A stretch of DNA of 64,000 nucleotides, taken from Vicinamibacteria bacterium. GTDB lineage: Bacteria; Acidobacteriota; Vicinamibacteria; Marinacidobacterales; Marinacidobacteraceae. The stretch's first letter is position 1. Every line of letters begins with the position of its first letter. The DNA is taken from contig OY729431.1 in assembly GCA_963422395.1 (NCBI GenBank), positions 416,001 to 480,000 on the forward strand, read 5' to 3'. A program made the translations under genes and the position numbers. The notes under the pieces were generated by a model that saw only the letters and a program-made list of their open reading frames with translations, was not told the DNA's origin and did no database searches. Shown here piece after piece: positions 8,409-17,893 of the stretch.

Positions 8409-9532
8409 TGCTGCGCGGGCTCGGAATCACGAACTTCAAGTGCTTCGCGGAGCTCGACCTCCGCTGCGCGCCGCTGAACCTCCTCTGCGGTCTGAACGGG
8501 ATGGGCAAGAGCAGCGTCATCCAGGCGCTGCTGGTGTTGCGGCAGTCGTTTCAGTCGGGCCACCTCCAGAAAGGGCGGCTGGTGCTCGGCGGCGGCCTGG
8601 TGGACCTCGGGGCAGGCGCCGATGTCCTGTTCGAGGACGCCCCCGAGGAGGAGATCGGGTTCCGGCTCGGGTTCGTCGAACCCACTGTTTCCTGGCAACG
8701 ATCCTTTCGCTATTCGCGCACCGGCGATCAGCTGGCTCCCGTCGAGGCCGCCGAGGGGGCTGGCGAGGGGGTGCCGGAGGTGTTGGCGGTCTTCCCGCCG
8801 TACGGCGGGCGCCTCGCCCATGTCCCGGCGGAGCGGGTCGGGCCGCAGAAGTTCTACCCGCTGTCGAAGATCGCGGCCGAACGGGGCGAGTTCGGGGAAC
8901 GAGGCGAGCTCGCCTGGAATCTGCTCAGCGAGCGCCAGGACGAGCAGCTGCTGGTGGACGATCCGCGCCGCGGCGGCGCCCCCGGGCGACGGTTGGCGGA
9001 CATCCTGGACCACTGGCTGCAAGATGTGAGCCCCGGCGCGCATCTGGGGCTTCGCTCCCTGACCGACGCCGATGCGGTGATCGCCGGTTTCTCCTTCGAT
9101 CGTCCGGGCGATGTCCCGACGCGCCGGTTTCGCGCCACGAATGTCGGTTTCGGGCTCTCGTACGCGGTGCCGGTCGTGCTGGCTCTCCTCTCTCCCGCCG
9201 GCACGCTCTGCCTGATAGAGAATCCGGAGGCGCATCTCCATCCGCGCGGACAGACGAAGCTCGCGGAGCTCGCGGCCCGTGCGGCGCTCGCGGGCGTGCA
9301 GGTGTTCGCCGAGACCCACAGCGATCACTTTCTGGACGGAGTGCGGATCGCTGTTCGGAACGGCCTGATCACGCCTGCTGAAATCGCGGTCCACTACTTC
9401 GAGCGCGACGGTGGACGCACGATGGTCTCCTCGCCGGAAATCGATCCCGACGGACGCCTGTCCCACTGGCCGAACGGCTTCTTCGACCAGCACGAGGAAA
9501 ACCTGGCGCGATTGCTGGCGCCCCGAACCTGA
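8408..9532 (+). CDS. AAA ATPase with C-terminal DUF3696, Menshen NsnB-like
   Basis: ITNFKCF, GLNGMGKSS Walker A, NVGFGLSY, IENPEAHLHP, ETHSDH, WPNGFFDQ; start overlaps the previous stop (TGATG). Confidence 0.88.
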   Translation: MLRGLGITNFKCFAELDLRCAPLNLLCGLNGMGKSSVIQALLVLRQSFQSGHLQKGRLVLGGGLVDLGAGADVLFEDAPEEEIGFRLGFVEPTVSWQRSFRYSRTGDQLAPVEAAEGAGEGVPEVLAVFPPYGGRLAHVPAERVGPQKFYPLSKIAAERGEFGERGELAWNLLSERQDEQLLVDDPRRGGAPGRRLADILDHWLQDVSPGAHLGLRSLTDADAVIAGFSFDRPGDVPTRRFRATNVGFGLSYAVPVVLALLSPAGTLCLIENPEAHLHPRGQTKLAELAARAALAGVQVFAETHSDHFLDGVRIAVRNGLITPAEIAVHYFERDGGRTMVSSPEIDPDGRLSHWPNGFFDQHEENLARLLAPRT

Positions 9533-9548
9533 CTTCTGTGGACCTGGC

Positions 9549-10490
9549 TTGCGGGAGCTCGTCCTGAACCACGCGAGCCTGCGGGCTTGCGGGTTCCCCG
9601 AGGCGGCGGCCCTGCTGCCGGATCTGGTGGTCGGGATGGCGGAGCTCGTCCGTAATCGGGCAGCGCAGTCCGTGCTGCGGATGGTCCGCTCGGTCTCGGA
9701 GATTCGATTGCAGGGCGGAGAGTCGCTGTGGGACGCCTTTCTCGAAATGAAGCGGCAGGGGGCGCGGGATCAGTACGTCTTTCTCATGCGGCTCGGCCAG
9801 AAGGCGCCGCTGCTGAACGGTCTCGCCCCGGCAGTCACTGCTCGATTCCGGTCGTGCGAGGCAAAGAGGTTGCCGCCAGAGGACGGCGAGTCCCTTCTCC
9901 TCTGCGCGCTCACCGACTCGATTGCGGTCAGTTTGCCGTCGGAGCCCGACTGGGATCACGACCGCCTCGGGGTGCAGTTCCACGAGCTGTTGTCCGACGC
10001 GAGCATCGGCGATGCCGAGGAGGAGATCGACAATCTCGCCCGGTCTGGACATGCGAGCTGCATCGTCGAACGCTGGCGCGGGCAGTGCCGACGAAGTTGC
10101 GCAAGCCCTGCCGAGCTGTGGGGCCGCCGGGGGGAACTCTTTCCGCATCTGCTCTTCGGACCCGATGTGGAAGACCAGCTCGCCGAGCTGAACGCCGGCT
10201 GGTTACAGACCGTCCTCAACCGGCTGGGGGCACTCGACGAAGCGGCGGAGGCGTGGGCACTGTCTGACGGCGCCGCGCCGCGGTGGAGGTGCAAAGTGAC
10301 GCCCGAGAGCGACCGGGTGATGGGAAACCCGAAACTCCGGGAGGCGAGGTCCTTTCGGTCGGTCGGCGGAGAGCGGTTGCCGTTCGGTTGGCATGCGCGC
10401 TTCGGCAGCGGCGGCCGCATCCATCTGCGGTTCGACGCCGGCACGCGGGAGATCGAGATCGGCTACCTCGGACGGCATCTCCCGCTGTGA
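9549..10490 (+). CDS. Putative effector of the DUF262/DUF3696 system (NsnC-like; C-terminal RelE/colicin-D-like RNase fold inferred)
   Basis: Probable TTG start (LRELVLNHASL); C-terminal HARFGSGGRIHLRF...IGYLGRHLP; third gene of the operon. Confidence 0.65.
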   Translation: MRELVLNHASLRACGFPEAAALLPDLVVGMAELVRNRAAQSVLRMVRSVSEIRLQGGESLWDAFLEMKRQGARDQYVFLMRLGQKAPLLNGLAPAVTARFRSCEAKRLPPEDGESLLLCALTDSIAVSLPSEPDWDHDRLGVQFHELLSDASIGDAEEEIDNLARSGHASCIVERWRGQCRRSCASPAELWGRRGELFPHLLFGPDVEDQLAELNAGWLQTVLNRLGALDEAAEAWALSDGAAPRWRCKVTPESDRVMGNPKLREARSFRSVGGERLPFGWHARFGSGGRIHLRFDAGTREIEIGYLGRHLPL

Positions 10491-10620
10491 GCGCGGCGTG
10501 CGGCGTTCCGCAGAGCAGGCGGCGGGCGCACTGCTGGATTTCGGAGGAGGGTGTCCGGCGTCCGTGCCCGTCTCCCGGAGGTTCCGGGCCTGACGAAGGA
10601 CCCTGCGGAACCCCGGCGGG

Positions 10621-11799
10621 ATGCCCGAGAGAATGATCCGTCCGTTCCGGTGGGACTCCGGGAATCGGGTGCTCCATCTGCTCGACCAGCGCCGGCTGCC
10701 CCGCGAGGAGGTCTGGATCACCTGTCGGGAGGCAGCAGAGGTCGCCCGGGCGATCCGCGAGCTGGTCGTCCGCGGCGCCCCCGCCATCGGGATCGCCGCC
10801 GCCTACGCGGTGGTGCTCGGCTTCGCCCGCAGCTCCCGAAGCTCGCCCTCGGATCCAGGGCATCCCGTTGGGAAGGAGCTTCCGGCGGGCGAGCCGGCCT
10901 CGTCGGCCCGGTTCGATCGTTTCCTTCCGTTCGAGCGGTTCGAGAACCTCGCCGCTGCGCTGGAAAAGACCCGCCCCACTGCGGTCAACCTCGCCTTCGC
11001 GCTGGGCCGGATGCGCGTCCGGCTCGGCTCGCTGCGAAAGGCGCCCCCCGAAGCGGCATCCCCGGAAGGAGTCCTCCCGGAAATCGTTGCCGAACTCGAA
11101 GCGGAAGCAGACCGGATCGCCGCCGAAGACCTCGCGGCGAACCGGCGGCTCGGCGCGCTCGGCGCGGGCCTGCTCCCCGGAGGGCCGGGTCCGGCGCGCA
11201 TCCTCACCCACTGCAACGCCGGCGCGCTCGCTACCTCGGGCTACGGGACCGCGCTGGGCATCGTCCGGGCCGCCGCCGCTTTCGGCCGCCAGGTCGAGGT
11301 GTTCGCTCCCGAGACTCGGCCGTTCCTGCAAGGCGCGCGGCTCACCGCCTGGGAGCTCCTGGCCGACCGCATCCCGGTGACCCTGATGGCCGACGGTGCC
11401 GTTGGGTCCCTGTTCGCCTCGAGAAGACTCGACGCGGTGATCGTGGGCGCCGACCGGATCGCCCGAAACGGCGACACTGCGAACAAGATCGGCACCTATC
11501 CGGCGGCCGTCCTCGCCCAGGAGCACGGTGTCCCGTTCCTGGTCGCGGCGCCCTTTTCCAGCGTGGACCTCGAAACGCCGACCGGAGCGGAGATCCCCAT
11601 CGAGGAGCGGCCTGCCGAGGAGGTCACCGAGATTTCGGGGAAGCCGATCGCGCCCGCCGGCGTACCGGTCTGGAATCCCGTCTTCGACATCACCCCGGCC
11701 CGCTTCCTGACCGCCATCGTGACGGAGCGCGGCATCGCCCGCCCGCCGTTCTCCGTGTCTCTCGCATCGCTCGCCCGCCTCGCATCGCGGGACCGTTGA
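10621..11799 (+). CDS. mtnA: S-methyl-5-thioribose-1-phosphate isomerase
   Basis: LLDQRRLP, VRGAPAIG, TRPTAVNL, ILTHCNAGALAT, ETRPFLQGARLTAWEL, GADRIARNGDTANKIGTY. Confidence 0.95.
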   Translation: MPERMIRPFRWDSGNRVLHLLDQRRLPREEVWITCREAAEVARAIRELVVRGAPAIGIAAAYAVVLGFARSSRSSPSDPGHPVGKELPAGEPASSARFDRFLPFERFENLAAALEKTRPTAVNLAFALGRMRVRLGSLRKAPPEAASPEGVLPEIVAELEAEADRIAAEDLAANRRLGALGAGLLPGGPGPARILTHCNAGALATSGYGTALGIVRAAAAFGRQVEVFAPETRPFLQGARLTAWELLADRIPVTLMADGAVGSLFASRRLDAVIVGADRIARNGDTANKIGTYPAAVLAQEHGVPFLVAAPFSSVDLETPTGAEIPIEERPAEEVTEISGKPIAPAGVPVWNPVFDITPARFLTAIVTERGIARPPFSVSLASLARLASRDR

Positions 11800-11844
11800 C
11801 CGCCGCTTGGCGCCGCGCGGTCGTAATCTGCGGTCCGCCGAGGG

Positions 11845-12243
11845 CTACCGAGTCAGTTCGCAGCCCGTGTCCCGGCAGCTCAGCAGCGGTTCTCCGGCGC
11901 AGACCTCATGGGAACCGAAGCGGAGTACGGCTTCCTCGTCCTGGTGCCATCGGACCTCGAGGGAATGTCGAGTGGCTTGCGCGAAAGTTTCGATCCGCCA
12001 CCCATCGAGGCTGAGGTCGAGGACGGCTGATCGTCCCAGCGGACAGTTGCCGCCCCCCTTGCAGGTCGGGAGTGAAGGAAGCCCTTCGGTTTCCCGCCCG
12101 GCCGACACCTGGATCGGGCGCAGCGAGAGGAGATCGTCCACCTCCGGAAGAGCATGCATCTTCACGAGATCCTCGTGCGCGAGGATTTCGATCAGCGTAT
12201 AGGCCCAGAGGAAGTATTCCCCGGGGGGAAGGCCCTCTCCCAT
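11845..12243 (-). CDS. Hypothetical protein (132 aa)
   Basis: ATG at 12243 opens MGEGLPPGEYFLWAY...; fills the mtnA-SprT gap; no recognisable motif. Confidence 0.3.
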   Translation of the reverse strand: MGEGLPPGEYFLWAYTLIEILAHEDLVKMHALPEVDDLLSLRPIQVSAGRETEGLPSLPTCKGGGNCPLGRSAVLDLSLDGWRIETFAQATRHSLEVRWHQDEEAVLRFGSHEVCAGEPLLSCRDTGCELTR

Positions 12244-12273
12244 GCGAACCCCCGTCCGTAGAATCCCTCGTCC

Positions 12274-12978
12274 GTGAGGCGCTCCCGTCCGCCGGCGATC
12301 GGTCCCGACTTCCTCGGCGGCTCGTTTCCGCCCGGCAGCCGGGTGTCCTTCGCCTACGGGGGCCGGCGGATCGAGGGGACGGTAATGGCGCTTTCGCGCC
12401 GCGGCGCTTCGGTCGCCGGGGATGGCGAGCACTGGAACGTGCCCTATCCCGCGCTCCAGCGCGGCGGCGGGTCTCCGAAACCCCGCTGCACTCTGGCCGT
12501 AGCGGAAGCGCTCGGGCGCCGGCTGATCCGCCGCCACACCGGAGCCGACCTCCTGGCTCCGGGATGGAGGTTCGGTTTCGACTTCGCTCTCTCCCGCGCC
12601 GGTGTCTGCCGCTACCGGGAAAAGCGGATCGAGCTCTCGGTCAACTACTGCCTCCGCGCCGCGCCGGAAGATGTCGAGGACACGATCCTCCACGAGATCG
12701 CCCACGCCTTGGTCGGCCCGGAGCACGACCACGACGAGGTCTGGCGCGCCGCCGCCCGCCTGCTCGGGAGTACCGGCGAGCGCTGTCACCGAACGCCGCC
12801 AACACTCCCTCGATGGCTCGGCGTCTGCCCCTGCGGCCAGCGCTGGACGCGCCAGCGATTGAGCCGGAGGATCCGCAGCGGGAGGTGTGCATCCTGCGAC
12901 GGTCCGATCACCTGGAGACGCAACGACGCGTCGGCTCCCGCCCCGTGCTCGCCGAGCACGACTCCGCCCGGAACCTGA
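12274..12978 (+). CDS. SprT-like zinc metalloprotease domain protein
   Basis: RAGVC, DTILHEIAHAL (HExxH), HDEVW, C-terminal Cys pairs (CPC...CASC). Confidence 0.85.
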   Translation: MRRSRPPAIGPDFLGGSFPPGSRVSFAYGGRRIEGTVMALSRRGASVAGDGEHWNVPYPALQRGGGSPKPRCTLAVAEALGRRLIRRHTGADLLAPGWRFGFDFALSRAGVCRYREKRIELSVNYCLRAAPEDVEDTILHEIAHALVGPEHDHDEVWRAAARLLGSTGERCHRTPPTLPRWLGVCPCGQRWTRQRLSRRIRSGRCASCDGPITWRRNDASAPAPCSPSTTPPGT

Positions 12979-13012
12979 GGTTCCCGCGATCCCGGCGAGA
13001 ATCCATCCCCTC

Positions 13013-14092
13013 ATGCGGATCCTCGGAATCGAGACCTCCTGCGACGAGACTTCGGCGGCGGTCGTGGCAGACGGCCGGCGCATCCTCTCGAACGTGGTGT
13101 CCTCGCAGGGGGCGTCCCACGCGCCCTTCGGCGGAGTAGTGCCCGAGATCGCCTCGCGGCAACACCTCGTCCACCTCGGCCCCGTCGTGCGGCAGGCGCT
13201 CGCCGAAGCCGAAGCCTCCGTTTCGGACCTCGAAGCGGTCGCGGTCACGAAGGGGCCGGGCCTCATCGGCGCGCTGCTCGCGGGGGTGTCCTTCGCCAAG
13301 GCGTTCGCCTTCGTCCGCGGGTTGCCGCTCGTGGGGGTGGACCACCTCGAAGGCCACATCCGCGCCTGCTACCTGGAGAGCGGCGAGATCCCCCACCCGG
13401 CGCTCGCCCTCGTGGTTTCCGGCGGCCACACCAGCCTCTTCCTCATCGAGAGCGAAGGGGAGTACCGCCTCCTCGGCAAGACCCGCGACGACGCCGCCGG
13501 CGAGGCGTACGACAAGCTCTCCAAGCGGCTCGGCCTCGGGTATCCCGGCGGCCCGGTGCTCGACCGGCTGGCGCGGCGGGCCCAGGAACGGCGGGGGGAT
13601 CCGCGCCGCCGCCGCTTCTCGCTGCCGCACTTCTCCGACGGCGCCCGGCTCGATTTCAGCTTCTCCGGTCTCAAGACCCAGGTGCTCCGGGCGATCGAGC
13701 AACGCGGCATGGAACCGCTCCGCCCGGGTGAGGATCCCGAAACGCGCGAAGACATCGGCGACCTCGCCGCCGGCTTCCAATCCGCGGTGGTGCGTGCGCT
13801 CGCCCGCTCGGTCGAGCGCGCGCTCGAGGCGGTCGAAGCGAAGGCGGTGCTGCTCTCCGGCGGGGTCGCGGCGAACTCCGCCCTCCGCGAGCGTTTCCGT
13901 GCCCTCGGCGAAGCGCGCGGGCTGCCGGTGTTCACCCCGAGTGTCGCGCTCTCCACCGACAACGCCGCGATGATCGCTGCCGCCGGATGGCTCGCCTTCC
14001 GGCGGGGGGAAACAGCGGATGCCGAGCTGACCGCGAACACCGAACTCCGCCTCGGCGAATCCGGTTCGCGCCGCTCCTCCCGCCACCGGTGA
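13013..14092 (+). CDS. tsaD: tRNA N6-adenosine threonylcarbamoyltransferase
   Basis: MRILGIETSCDETSAA, GGVVPEIASRQH, HLEGH, VSGGHT, DDAAGEAYDK, GGVAAN, TDNAAMIA. Confidence 0.96.
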   Translation: MRILGIETSCDETSAAVVADGRRILSNVVSSQGASHAPFGGVVPEIASRQHLVHLGPVVRQALAEAEASVSDLEAVAVTKGPGLIGALLAGVSFAKAFAFVRGLPLVGVDHLEGHIRACYLESGEIPHPALALVVSGGHTSLFLIESEGEYRLLGKTRDDAAGEAYDKLSKRLGLGYPGGPVLDRLARRAQERRGDPRRRRFSLPHFSDGARLDFSFSGLKTQVLRAIEQRGMEPLRPGEDPETREDIGDLAAGFQSAVVRALARSVERALEAVEAKAVLLSGGVAANSALRERFRALGEARGLPVFTPSVALSTDNAAMIAAAGWLAFRRGETADAELTANTELRLGESGSRRSSRHR

Positions 14093-14124
14093 ACCGGAGG
14101 GGACCCGGGGAGGGGCGGGAGAAA

Positions 14125-15792
14125 GTGCAGGGGCTTGCGGCGGATCGGGTTCTCGCGGTGTACGAGGTCGAGGCCGGCCCGCGGGACCCCGAAGAGCTGG
14201 CTCGGGCGATCGCCGTCGAGCAGACGGTCGAGATCCCGGAAGCCCTCATCCCTCCCGGTCGAATTCGGGACGAGATCGTGGGCCGGGTGGAATCCATCGA
14301 GCCGGCACCGGACGGATCGGCACTCGCCGCGCCCGACCCCGCCGCCCGGGACCTCGAAAATCCGGTACGCACCCGCCTCACGATCAGCTACGCCGCCAAA
14401 CTCGCTCCAGACCTCTTCGGGCTGCTGAGCGTCGCCCTCGGGAACGCCTCGATGCTCGCCGGGGTGCGTCTCGTGGGTCTCCGGCCGCCGCGTTCACTGC
14501 TCGAAGCGCTCCCCGGGCCGAATTTCGGCGTCGAGGGCGTCCGGCGGCTGCGGGGAGTACTCGGTCGGCCGCTGCTCGCCACGGCGCTGAAGCCCCGCGG
14601 CTCGACCGTCCGCCAACTCGCGGCGCTCGCCGAAGCGTTCGCGCGGGGCGGCGGCGATCTGGTGAAGGACGACCAGAACCTGACCGACGACTTCGAGTCC
14701 TTCCGCGCGCGGGTGACCGCCGGCGCCGAGGCGGTCGAACGGGCGAACCAGGCCACTGGCGGGCGCTGCCTCTATCTGCCGCACGCCGGGGCGCCCGCGG
14801 ACCAGATCGAGCGGTATGTCGCGTTCGCCGCCGAATCCGGCCTTCCCGGAGTCCTGGTCTGCCCGATGATCGTCGGACTGGACACCGTTCGCGCTCTGGC
14901 GGCGCGCTATCCGCTGGTGTTCCTCGCCCATCCGTCGCTCACCGGCGCGTTGACCCACGGGCCGGGTCAGGGCGTCGGGCACGGGGTCCTGCTCGGAACC
15001 CTGTTTCGGCTCGCCGGCGCCGACATCTCGGTCTTCCCGAATGCCGGCGGACGCTTCGCCTACGGGGAAGCCGAGTGCGCCTCGATCACCGCCCGGCTGC
15101 GGGCGCCGCTCGGGACGCTGGCCCCGGCGTGGCCTGCGCCCGCGGGCGGGATGGGCGCCGGAGATGTGCGGCGGATGTGCGAGACCTACGGGCCGGACGC
15201 GGTGCTGCTGATCGGCGGAGCCCTGCTCGGGCACCCGGCGGGCGTCGAGGCCGGAACCCGCGAGTTGCTCGCTCGGATCCGGGAGGTGCGCCCCGAGGTC
15301 GGAATCGAACCCTCGCTGCCGAAGCGCCCGCTGCCGGTGGAACCGCGCCGGCTGGCCTTCCGGCCCGATTGGAGCTGGGAGGGCCGGAAGAGTTCTCCCT
15401 ACCAGTCCGCGCCCGGAGACGGGGCGGGCGTCGCTTTCCGGGGATCTTTCCGCGGAGTGCGACGGGTGGAGCTCGTCGGCAAGTTCGGCGAACGCACCCG
15501 CTCCGACCTGCGCTACTTCGAGGTCGAGCCCGGTGGCTACACGAGACTCGAACGCCACCTCCACACCCATGTGGTGATCGGCGCCCGCGGCGAGGGCGTC
15601 CTGTGGCTCGGCGGCCGGCGCCTGCCGCTCCGTCACCTCGATGTGGCCACCGTCGGCCCGCTCGAAGACCACCAGCTGCGGAACGAAACCGACGGGAAGT
15701 TCGGCTTCTTCTGCATCGTGGACCACGAACGGGACCGGCCGATGCCGCCGGCCGATGCCGCCGTGCCGCGGTCCTCGACGAGCCGTTCCTGA
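14125..15792 (+). CDS. RuBisCO-like protein (form IV) fused to a C-terminal MtnZ-like cupin
   Basis: IAVEQTVE, GPNFGVEGVR, ALKPRG, GGGDLVKDDQN, PAPAGGM, LLIGG; then cupin RYFEVEPGGYTRLERHLHTHVV...HQLRN...FGFFCIVDHERDRP. Confidence 0.88.
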   Translation: MQGLAADRVLAVYEVEAGPRDPEELARAIAVEQTVEIPEALIPPGRIRDEIVGRVESIEPAPDGSALAAPDPAARDLENPVRTRLTISYAAKLAPDLFGLLSVALGNASMLAGVRLVGLRPPRSLLEALPGPNFGVEGVRRLRGVLGRPLLATALKPRGSTVRQLAALAEAFARGGGDLVKDDQNLTDDFESFRARVTAGAEAVERANQATGGRCLYLPHAGAPADQIERYVAFAAESGLPGVLVCPMIVGLDTVRALAARYPLVFLAHPSLTGALTHGPGQGVGHGVLLGTLFRLAGADISVFPNAGGRFAYGEAECASITARLRAPLGTLAPAWPAPAGGMGAGDVRRMCETYGPDAVLLIGGALLGHPAGVEAGTRELLARIREVRPEVGIEPSLPKRPLPVEPRRLAFRPDWSWEGRKSSPYQSAPGDGAGVAFRGSFRGVRRVELVGKFGERTRSDLRYFEVEPGGYTRLERHLHTHVVIGARGEGVLWLGGRRLPLRHLDVATVGPLEDHQLRNETDGKFGFFCIVDHERDRPMPPADAAVPRSSTSRS

Positions 15793-15906
15793 TTCCCGGG
15801 AACCACGGGAAAGGAGCAGGAGCGGGGGCGCGGAAGAACAGACGCGGCGGGCCCGGTGCGGTTTCGCCGGTGGTATAACGGGTCGCCGAAAGCGAAGGAG
15901 AGAGCC

Positions 15907-17877
15907 ATGGCGAACCCGAACGGCGGCAGCCCCCGCGAGTTCACGCTCCGGGCTCTTCTTCTGGGCCTCTTCATGGCCGTGGTGCTGGGAGCGGCGAACG
16001 CCTATCTCGGCATCCGCGCCGGACAGACGGTCGCCGCCACCTTCCCCGCGGCGGTGGTCTCGATGGTCGTGATCCGCAGGCTGTTCCGGGGCAGCCTGCT
16101 CGAGGAGAACATCGCCCGAACGACCGCCTCGGTGGGAGAAGCGCTCGCCGCGGGGGCGATCTTCACCCTGCCGGCGTTCCTGATGGCGGGGGCCTGGGAG
16201 GAGTTCCACTACCTCGAGAGCACCCTCTTGATGCTGGTCGGCGGGCTGCTCGGCATCCTGTTCGTGGTCATCCTGCGGCGGAGCATGGTGACCGACCCCG
16301 AATTGCCCTTTCCCGAGTCGGTGGCCGCCGCCGAGATCCACCGCGCCGGAAAGGGTGCGAGCGGCGGGCGGCTCCTCTTCCAGATGATGGGGGTCGGCGC
16401 GCTGGTCGAGGTCTTCAAGAATTCGAAGGGCATCCAGCTGTTCACCGACCGGATCGCCGGCGCCTTCGGCTACGGCTCGTTCCATTCCGCGGTCAGCGTC
16501 GGCGGCCAGTCCTTCGGCGCCGCGGCGCAGCCGGGAGTGCTGCCCTTTTCGACGCCTTCGGCGTCTCCCGCCTACCTCGGAGTGGGCTACATCATCGGCT
16601 TCCGCCTCGCGGCGCTCATCTTCTCCGGCGGAGTCTTCGCCTGGTGGTTCCTGATCCCGGCGGTCCTCTTCTTCAACCCCGAGTTCGCCGACACCGGGCG
16701 GCTTGCGGCCTCCGGCGCCGACTGGACCGCGGTCAGCAGCGTGGTCTGGGCGGAGCTGGTGCGCCCGATCGCGGTGGGGGCGATGATCGTCGGAGCGGTC
16801 TGGACGCTGCTGCGGATGCGGAAGTCGCTCGGCGAGGGGCTCCGCCGCTCCTTCGGCGAGCTCCGCTCCGGCGGCTCCGCTGCCGGCCGCGCTACCGGTT
16901 CCGGAAACGACCGCGACCGCGACATCCCCTTCAGCTGGACCACCGCCGGAGTGGCCGCTCTCGTGGTTCCGACCTTCCTCCTCTACGACCACTACACCGG
17001 CCAGCCTCTCGGGGCGCTCGGTTCGGCGCTCGTCATGATCGTCGCCGGGTTCTTCTTCTCGGCGGTTGCCGGCTACCTCGTCGGAGTGATCGGCAGCTCC
17101 TCGAATCCGGTTTCCGGGCTGACGATTTCGACGCTGCTGCTCGCCGCGCTGCTGATGACCTTCCTCGGGGTCTCCGGAACCGAGGGGGTGGCGGCGGTGT
17201 TGGGGGTGGCGGCGGTGGTCTGCTGCGCCTGCGCGGTCGCCGGGGACATGCTGCAAGACCTCAAGGTCGGCCAACTCCTCGGAGGCACGCCCTTCCGCAT
17301 GGAGTGGGCGGAGATCATCGGAGTGATCTTCGCTTCGATGTTCCTGGTCCTTCCGATGATCCTCCTCCACCGGGGAGACATCGCCGCGGGCGGCATCGGG
17401 ATCGGAGGCGAAGAGCTGCCGGCGCCGCAGGCAGGGCTGATGGCGCTTTTGTCGCAGGGAATCGTGGGCGGCGACATGCGCTGGCCGCTGGTGGTCATCG
17501 GCGTCGCGCTCTGCTTCTTCCTGATCCTCATCCGGGCGCCCTCACCGATGCTGATCGCGGTGGGGATGTACCTGCCGCTGCAGACCACCTTCGCCATCTT
17601 CGTGGGCGGCTTCTTCCGCTGGTTGACCGACCGGCGGATGGCCTCGCTGCCGGCGGAGCGGCGCTCTCTGGGCGAGAGCGCCGGAACGCTGATCGCCTCG
17701 GGGCTGATCGCCGGAGAAGCGCTGATGGGAGTCGCGCTGTCGGGGATCGCGGTTTGGGAATTCCAGCTGCCGTCGCCGATGTCCTCGCCCTCGGGGGTCC
17801 CGGGCTTCCTGGTCTTCTTGGTGCTCGGCTGGTTCCTGATCCGGATCCCGCTCCGCCGCGCCCGCCGCGTGGGGTAG
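15907..17877 (+). CDS. OPT family oligopeptide transporter
   Basis: AANAYLGIRAG, LLEENIART, LPFPES, SSNPVSG, GDMLQDLKVG, LPAPQAGLM. Confidence 0.92.
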   Translation: MANPNGGSPREFTLRALLLGLFMAVVLGAANAYLGIRAGQTVAATFPAAVVSMVVIRRLFRGSLLEENIARTTASVGEALAAGAIFTLPAFLMAGAWEEFHYLESTLLMLVGGLLGILFVVILRRSMVTDPELPFPESVAAAEIHRAGKGASGGRLLFQMMGVGALVEVFKNSKGIQLFTDRIAGAFGYGSFHSAVSVGGQSFGAAAQPGVLPFSTPSASPAYLGVGYIIGFRLAALIFSGGVFAWWFLIPAVLFFNPEFADTGRLAASGADWTAVSSVVWAELVRPIAVGAMIVGAVWTLLRMRKSLGEGLRRSFGELRSGGSAAGRATGSGNDRDRDIPFSWTTAGVAALVVPTFLLYDHYTGQPLGALGSALVMIVAGFFFSAVAGYLVGVIGSSSNPVSGLTISTLLLAALLMTFLGVSGTEGVAAVLGVAAVVCCACAVAGDMLQDLKVGQLLGGTPFRMEWAEIIGVIFASMFLVLPMILLHRGDIAAGGIGIGGEELPAPQAGLMALLSQGIVGGDMRWPLVVIGVALCFFLILIRAPSPMLIAVGMYLPLQTTFAIFVGGFFRWLTDRRMASLPAERRSLGESAGTLIASGLIAGEALMGVALSGIAVWEFQLPSPMSSPSGVPGFLVFLVLGWFLIRIPLRRARRVG

Positions 17878-17893
17878 GCCAGGTAGGCGGCAG

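Noticed and set aside
14125-15300. RuBisCO as evidence of CO2 fixation
   Set aside because: Lacks KDDE, no small subunit or phosphoribulokinase nearby; it is a form IV RLP
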